This document shows, piece after piece, positions 46,203 to 51,150 of a stretch of 51,150 nt of DNA. The DNA lies in assembly GCA_029288805.1 (NCBI GenBank), contig JARIGO010000001.1, positions 1-51,150 of the forward strand, written 5' to 3'. The notes below the pieces were generated by a model, which saw only the letters and a list, made by a program, of their open reading frames with translations, was not told the origin of the DNA and did not search any database. The stretch comes from Candidatus Nomurabacteria bacterium. Lineage in GTDB: Bacteria > Patescibacteriota > Minisyncoccia > Phycocordibacterales > UBA9973. The position numbers and the translations under genes were made by a program. The first letter of the stretch is position 1, and the number at the start of each line of letters is the position of its first letter.

Positions 46203-46964
46203 TTAATTCACCTTGTAGTCTGTAACCATAACCGATGTAGTTTTCTTGAGTTCGTATACACCCCAAGCGAAATGATCGCCAGCTGGTCCCAAGTAACCGT
46301 TTTTAATCTCGGTACTACTCAATGGTACGCCATCCGCATGTTCTTTTGTGAAGAAATGGTCTCGGCCGGTGCCATTTGAAATATTGAGATCAACCAGATA
46401 TTTATACGGCGTATTAGCCTTTAGCAATACCGTACCGTAGCCGATAGTCTGAATGGTTTGATATGAATCAATAACCTTTCTTTCATGAGGCTTACCAGCA
46501 TCCGGATTATGAACATACCGCGGAGCCTGGTCGGTAGGTTGGCTCCAGATGCATAAATGGTTATTCCGCAGATAAATGATAAACCATATAGCAAGCACTA
46601 AAGCCGCTAATCCTAACAGACTTCTGAATCCTTTACCAATGATATTGATAAATATAACAGATCCTTTTTTGTCCTTTTTTTCGCTATTTTTAGCACTTTT
46701 TTCAACCTTCACAGTTCTTCTACCGCTGAATATATTAGTTAAAAATACAACGATAAGCAGTGTGCCGATAATGCCCATAATAAGCAATTGCCAATCAAAG
46801 CCTTTGGTCTCTCCAGAACCTTTTGCAGGTGTGGTAGAAAAATCCCAATAGATGTAGCTTGCAAAAGCAATGATAGCCAAAACACCATAGATGATGCATC
46901 GTTTAATGAATTTTAAATAGCTAAAAGGTGCAGTGGTTTTTTCAATCGGTTCTTCATTTTGCAT
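46203..46964 (-). CDS. Hypothetical multi-TM protein
   Basis: Three TM segments. Likely start MQNEEP at 46964, overlapping the upstream gene's stop. Confidence 0.7.
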   Translation of the reverse strand: MQNEEPIEKTTAPFSYLKFIKRCIIYGVLAIIAFASYIYWDFSTTPAKGSGETKGFDWQLLIMGIIGTLLIVVFLTNIFSGRRTVKVEKSAKNSEKKDKKGSVIFINIIGKGFRSLLGLAALVLAIWFIIYLRNNHLCIWSQPTDQAPRYVHNPDAGKPHERKVIDSYQTIQTIGYGTVLLKANTPYKYLVDLNISNGTGRDHFFTKEHADGVPLSSTEIKNGYLGPAGDHFAWGVYELKKTTSVMVTDYKVN

Positions 46965-48057
46965 GTTCCGCCTCCTCTCTTTTACGCGCCCTGAAGACGT
47001 CTTTCCCTGCAACTTTTTCTGCAGATTCGAACATTTTCTCAAGGATAGTCGCGCCTATGGTTTTAGTTTCATGGTTTGCTTCAACAAGCATATTGGCCCT
47101 AGCGGCTTTAACCTTTGCTTCACCTTCATAAATTGTTGCAGCAACTTTAGTAACAGGATCAAAAAAAGAATCAATCTCAATTACATTCATTTCTGCCACA
47201 GCCTTTGCATCGTTAATTTCAGTTATGCGTTCCTGCACTCTGACATTTTCCTGTGCCTGCTGATTTAATGCTTCTTGCACCAAATCCTGCTCTTCCTTCT
47301 TGCGGTCATAATATTCATTGGTGTCTGCACCAGCGATCTTATTGAGGGCAATAGTGTGTACAACGCAGCCAAAGGGCTTAACTTTTGCATCAAGGTATTC
47401 CTTCATGTGAACATTTCCCTCAAAACAGATGTCTTTCTTTATGTCATCTATATCGAGTATCCTGATCTCCTCAACTCCTTTTTGGGCAGCCCACGGTCCT
47501 ATCTTTGACTGTAGGTCAATTTGACCGATCATCTTAAAGTCTGGTCGGCCAATTGGGCCCATGTCATCGATGATTTCGTAAATTACGGTGAAATCAAAGT
47601 TGTAGCTAAGTGTCTCTTTGGTCTTAACATCAATGAGGTAATTTACAGGCTCCCATATCAAATATGACGGAACTCGTTCATCACGCTCTGCAAAGATCAT
47701 TGTTGCCTTAGGGTCAACAGGCCGAGGATTTTTGAATTTCTTCTCGTCTGTTGCTCCTATTGTTTCGTTTGAACGATTTGCTGGAACAACCTCCGTCCAG
47801 TTTAGTGGAGGGTGGATTGGTTTGAATCCCAGCGGAAAGGGGATTTTAGAAAGCCACCACGGCAGTCTTTTTTGCTGCCGTTTGTCTACCCTGATGGAAC
47901 CGAGAATTCTTTTCCCGATACCCCAATAGTAAATATGGCCTTCTTCTGTACTAAGCGGTCTGCCTGGCAGATAGCCGGTACTAGTGTATGCAGCAATTAA
48001 TAGGCCGAAGTCTATAATCCCTGCCACAATGTGTGAAAAAAACAGTGTTAATAGCAT
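46954..48057 (-). CDS. SPFH/Band-7-like membrane-anchored protein
   Basis: N-terminal TM, beta-rich core (YNFDFTVIYEIID), and Ala/Glu-rich coiled tail. Own promoter TTGACA (48129-48134)-17 nt-TAAAAT (48106-48111). Confidence 0.55.
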   Translation of the reverse strand: MLLTLFFSHIVAGIIDFGLLIAAYTSTGYLPGRPLSTEEGHIYYWGIGKRILGSIRVDKRQQKRLPWWLSKIPFPLGFKPIHPPLNWTEVVPANRSNETIGATDEKKFKNPRPVDPKATMIFAERDERVPSYLIWEPVNYLIDVKTKETLSYNFDFTVIYEIIDDMGPIGRPDFKMIGQIDLQSKIGPWAAQKGVEEIRILDIDDIKKDICFEGNVHMKEYLDAKVKPFGCVVHTIALNKIAGADTNEYYDRKKEEQDLVQEALNQQAQENVRVQERITEINDAKAVAEMNVIEIDSFFDPVTKVAATIYEGEAKVKAARANMLVEANHETKTIGATILEKMFESAEKVAGKDVFRARKREEAEHAK

Positions 48058-48224
48058 AGTTATTTAATTGTTAAGTTGCAAATTTTGTGAATTAATTTTG
48101 ATTATATTTTAGCACAAATATGTCAAATTGTCAATGAAGAAGAAACGAATAAAAAGCTTACGAAATAAGCTTGAAAGGGAAGCGCAAATACTGTATTATG
48201 AATCCTACGTGTTGTGTCCAAAGT

Positions 48225-48306
48225 GCTGGGATGGTGGAATTGGTATACACGTTAGTCTTAGGAACTAATGCCGAAAGGCTTGGGAGTTCAAGTCTCCCTC
48301 CCAGCA
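48225..48306 (+). tRNA. tRNA-Leu(TAG)
   Basis: GCTGGGA/TCCCAGC acceptor stem, TTAGT-CT-TAG-GA-ACTAA anticodon arm, and long variable arm. Confidence 0.97.
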
Positions 48307-48332
48307 CTTTGGACAGATACTGTCTTTATATC

Positions 48333-48405
48333 GCCTCTATAGCTCAGTTGGTAGAGCAGCTCCCTCTTAAGGAGACGGTCGTGGGTTCGAATCCCCCTGG
48401 AGGCA
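48333..48405 (+). tRNA. tRNA-Lys(CTT)
   Basis: GCCTCTA/TGGAGGC acceptor stem, loop CT-CTT-AA, GGTTCGAATCC T-arm. Confidence 0.95.
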
Positions 48406-48410
48406 CAAAT

Positions 48411-48443
48411 GAAAAAGCCTGACTTTAACAGTCAGGCTTTTTC
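48411..48443. terminator. Bidirectional terminator between convergent tRNA pairs
   Basis: GAAAAAGCCTGACT-TTAAC-AGTCAGGCTTTTTC. Confidence 0.9.
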
Positions 48444-48453
48444 ATTTGTGCTG

Positions 48454-48537
48454 TGCCCGAGGTGGGACTCGAACCCACACGCCGGTTGAGGGCAGAGGAT
48501 TTTAAGTCCTCCGTGTCTACCATTCCACCACTCGGGC
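48454..48537 (-). tRNA. tRNA-Leu(TAA)
   Basis: Minus strand GCCCGAG...GAGGA-CT-TAA-AA-TCCTC...CTCGGGC-A with long variable arm. Confidence 0.97.
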
Positions 48538-48558
48538 AACGTACTCATACAAATTGTA

Positions 48559-48633
48559 TGGAGGTCTGGGCGAGAATCGAACTCGCGTATAGTTCTTTTG
48601 CAGAGAACCGCCTTACCACTTGGCCACCAGACC
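48559..48633 (-). tRNA. tRNA-Cys(GCA), CCA encoded
   Basis: Minus strand GGTCTGG...GTTCT-CT-GCA-AA-AGAAC...CCAGACC-T-CCA. Confidence 0.97.
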
Positions 48634-48660
48634 GTAATCAGATACGGCTTAGATATCTTA

Positions 48661-48990
48661 CTATTCTTTCAATAATTCGTCGATATGACGGCGAGCCTTT
48701 TCACCGACGTCGATTTCAGCATCAAGGAAGGGAATAGTGCGAATGTTTAAATTCTTTTTCACCTGTTCACGAATATCCGGACGCAAACGCTTCAGGAAGT
48801 TTATGGCTGATTCTTCGCCGCTTTCAGGCATGACAGTGATGTACAGTACTGCCTTGCGTCCACGTTCAAAGAGTTCAACGCGATTAACGGTGATCAATGC
48901 AGTCTTGTTACTTTCACGTTCAATAACGCGAGCAGCAATTTCCTTGATCTGCTCTTCAATCTTTTCATTACGGCCGCTTTGAATAGTCAT
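48661..48990 (-). CDS. rbfA: Ribosome-binding factor A
   Basis: R..KIEEQIKE, ITVNRVEL, IRTIPFLDAEID. Directly downstream of infB. Confidence 0.88.
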   Translation of the reverse strand: MTIQSGRNEKIEEQIKEIAARVIERESNKTALITVNRVELFERGRKAVLYITVMPESGEESAINFLKRLRPDIREQVKKNLNIRTIPFLDAEIDVGEKARRHIDELLKE

Positions 48991-48991
48991 G

Positions 48992-50479
48992 TTACTTCGT
49001 TACAAATATAAACGCTTCCAATATGTCACCTGGTGCAATATCGTTTTTACATTCTACCAAGATACCGCATTCGCCTTCGATCACTTCCTTAACCTTATGC
49101 TTTGCCTGCTGCAATTCTACAACGGTACCAGTAGTAAGGGGGAAGTCACGACGTACGACAGTAACCTTTGCACCGTCAGTAATGCTACCAGAGTCCACGC
49201 GACAACCAAGGACCTGACGCTCCTTTGTCTTTGAAAATGTCTTCAGTACTTTTGCGGTACCAATAACTTCACGAGTTTCTACGCGAGGGCGACGCTTTTC
49301 GAGTTCCACTTCCAACCATTCAGTTAGTTTGTAGATGATGTCGAATGTTTCGATAGTAGCACCAACCTTTTCCTGAATGTCACGAGCGCGAGCATCCATG
49401 CCAACGTTGAATCCAAGAATGATAGTGTCCTTGTCAGACTGCGCCTGCTTGATGTCAGTTTCGCCAATGGCACCGATACCTTTGGTAACGATCTTGATAT
49501 GAAGTCCCTCAATGTTCATTTTTTTGATTTCCTTTTCTACAGCTTCAACAGTTCCGTATACATCGGCTTTGATGATAATAGGTACCACTTTCTGGCCATC
49601 TTCCGGACGAGCTTCCTTGCTGTAGTCACTGGTCGAACGCTCTTCAATATAATCCTCAGCGTCACGCTTCTTGTCAAAGACAGCAACTGGCACGCCAACT
49701 TCTGGCAATGAATCAAAGCCAACGAGCTGCACAGGAGTACCTGGATCTGCGTCATTAATGGTCTTTCCCAAGAAGTTTTCCATAATGCGAGTAGTAGTGA
49801 TGGCAGTACCAGCTACAACAAACTGACCCTTTTTTAAGGTTCCATTTTTTACTACCAATGTTGCCGCAATGCCGCGCTTCGGATCAAGACGAGATTCAAT
49901 GATGATGCCTTCAGCGTTTTGTTTTGGGTTGGCTGTCAGTTCTTCAAGGTCAGCTACGAGCAAAATAGTCTCGAGCAGGTCGTCGATGCCTTCACCGGTC
50001 TTTGCAGAGATGGCATTCCAGGGAATAGAACCACCGTATCCTTCTACGAGCACTTCGTTTTCAGCGAGCATTTGTTTTGCCTTATCAATGTTCGCACCGG
50101 GCTTATCGATTTTGTTGATAGCAACAATAAAAGGAATGCCTGCATTGCGAATGGTATTCAAGGCTTCAATAGTCTGAGCCTTAACGCCGTCTTCTGCTGA
50201 CACAACAAGAATGGCAATGTCTGCCGCTACAGCACCGCGTTCGCGCATGCCGGTAAATGCAGCGTGACCAGGAGTATCCAAAAAGGTGATACGACGATCG
50301 TTACCTTGATAGGGAATGCTGATTTCGTATGCACTGAGGTGCTGCGTAATACCACCGGCTTCACCAGCGGTTACGTTTGCCTTGCGGATATAGTCCAGCA
50401 ATGTTGATTTACCATGGTCGATGTGACCCATGACGGCTACAATTGGAGGGCGGGCGTTTGTTGTGTTTGTATCATTCAT
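48992..50479 (-). CDS. infB: Translation initiation factor IF-2 (no N-terminal domain)
   Basis: RPPIVAVMGHIDHGKSTLLD, EAGGITQH, DTPGHAAF, NKID, IIKADVYGTVEAV. Confidence 0.97.
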   Translation of the reverse strand: MNDTNTTNARPPIVAVMGHIDHGKSTLLDYIRKANVTAGEAGGITQHLSAYEISIPYQGNDRRITFLDTPGHAAFTGMRERGAVAADIAILVVSAEDGVKAQTIEALNTIRNAGIPFIVAINKIDKPGANIDKAKQMLAENEVLVEGYGGSIPWNAISAKTGEGIDDLLETILLVADLEELTANPKQNAEGIIIESRLDPKRGIAATLVVKNGTLKKGQFVVAGTAITTTRIMENFLGKTINDADPGTPVQLVGFDSLPEVGVPVAVFDKKRDAEDYIEERSTSDYSKEARPEDGQKVVPIIIKADVYGTVEAVEKEIKKMNIEGLHIKIVTKGIGAIGETDIKQAQSDKDTIILGFNVGMDARARDIQEKVGATIETFDIIYKLTEWLEVELEKRRPRVETREVIGTAKVLKTFSKTKERQVLGCRVDSGSITDGAKVTVVRRDFPLTTGTVVELQQAKHKVKEVIEGECGILVECKNDIAPGDILEAFIFVTK

Positions 50480-50952
50480 ATGTCTAGTGGTTTCTTAGCT
50501 TCGGTAAGCGCTTCTTGTTCTTCGGTCGTTAGTGATGTTTCAGGTTTTCCCTCAATTACTTTTTTTGCATAGACGCCAACGTGATTGCGATTGGTAATGA
50601 CAGAGAGAACATATCCGTCACCGTATTCATCGAGCAATCCAGAAGCAAAACTTTGTTCGCCGCCAGCATTGTCATACGCATCGTACTTGATAAGAGAGTA
50701 TCCTCGAATACTGCGCTTTACGCGACTATCAATAAATTCTAGTCCTTCTTTATGGGCACCCAAGGTTTGTTGAATATCTGAGACGCTGCTGGTAAGGTCT
50801 GAAAGAGTAGTTTCAAGGTTAGCACCGTCTTTGCCGTTCATAAAAATGCGAAGTTTCTTTTGGAGGGTTACAACCAAATAAATTAGTACTCCGACGGCGA
50901 TTATCAATACAATGACAACGCCGATAAGAATCGGTGCTATACTTTGTCCCAT
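50476..50952 (-). CDS. DUF4446-like protein
   Basis: N-terminal TM, coiled coil, KYDAYDNAGGEQSFA..LLD..GDG.VLS. Start ATG 50952. Confidence 0.8.
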   Translation of the reverse strand: MGQSIAPILIGVVIVLIIAVGVLIYLVVTLQKKLRIFMNGKDGANLETTLSDLTSSVSDIQQTLGAHKEGLEFIDSRVKRSIRGYSLIKYDAYDNAGGEQSFASGLLDEYGDGYVLSVITNRNHVGVYAKKVIEGKPETSLTTEEQEALTEAKKPLDI

Positions 50953-50975
50953 AGGCAGCAATTATACTATATTTT

Positions 50976-51150
50976 ATGGATTTTTTCAAGATTTCCTCAA
51001 AACGTCATCCACAGTCAAGAATCTATCTGGACTACGCTTCCAGTACACCGCTTGACCGAACAATGCTTGCGGATTTTCCACGGATTGAAGACAGCGTGCT
51101 TCAGGCCAACCCCAGCGCATTGCACAAGGAAGGAGTGGCAGCCCGGGGGG
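50976..51150 (+). CDS. iscS: Cysteine desulfurase (IscS/NifS family), 5' part only, not in ORF track
   Basis: Translates to MDFFKISSKRHPQSRIYLDYASSTPLD...ANPSALHKEG. IYLDYA.STP and NPS.LH are family motifs. Confidence 0.88.
   Translation, partial: MDFFKISSKRHPQSRIYLDYASSTPLDRTMLADFPRIEDSVLQANPSALHKEGVAARG

Noticed and set aside
46971-46977. Perfect SD (GAGGAGG) 6 nt before ATG 46964, suggesting a foreign gene
   Set aside because: It lies in the upstream CDS encoding R-E-E-A, so it can arise from codons alone. Single instance.
48333-48405. tRNA-Lys(CTT) has G27-A43 and U50-C64 mismatches, possible pseudogene
   Set aside because: All conserved D- and T-loop residues and the acceptor stem are intact, and it is cotranscribed with tRNA-Leu. 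Such mismatches are tolerated.
48171-48737. ORFs 48171..48422, 48453..48737 and 29227..29481
   Set aside because: They overlap tRNA genes and their terminators.

Overview
Chromosomal window from a small-genome bacterium that looks like a Patescibacteria/CPR (Parcubacteria-type) organism. The inference rests on a 16S rRNA with a helix insertion and no linked 23S, shortened IF2/SecA/PK, and a VirB2-like pilin array. Contents in order: 3' end of 16S rRNA (about 150-nt AT-rich hairpin in helix 40, no anti-Shine-Dalgarno), an ATP-cone-NrdB/NrdA ribonucleotide reductase of class Id type, a minimal RNase P RNA, an unexplained pair of inverted hairpin modules, a 36-aa histone-H1-like ORF missed by the ORF track, secA, dnaE, rnhB, rsmE, an accessory block (about 13.6-21.7 kb), a cellulose-synthase-like/GH8/GtrA-GtrB-GT-C cluster bracketed by tRNA-3'-end-like direct repeats next to tRNA-Asn, a 6S-like RNA candidate, pyk, hpf, fmt/def split by a 292-bp structured element, hisS, lepB, pth, a REP-flanked RAYT transposase, rpsA with a switch-like leader, gyrA, five VirB2-like pilins, four more tRNAs, rbfA, infB and the start of iscS. 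About 20 genes, most of them first in their transcription unit, have a -10 box 6-11 nt before the ATG, which suggests leaderless expression in a host lacking the anti-SD. All calls come from reading the sequence and recognising motifs. No searches or folding programs were run.
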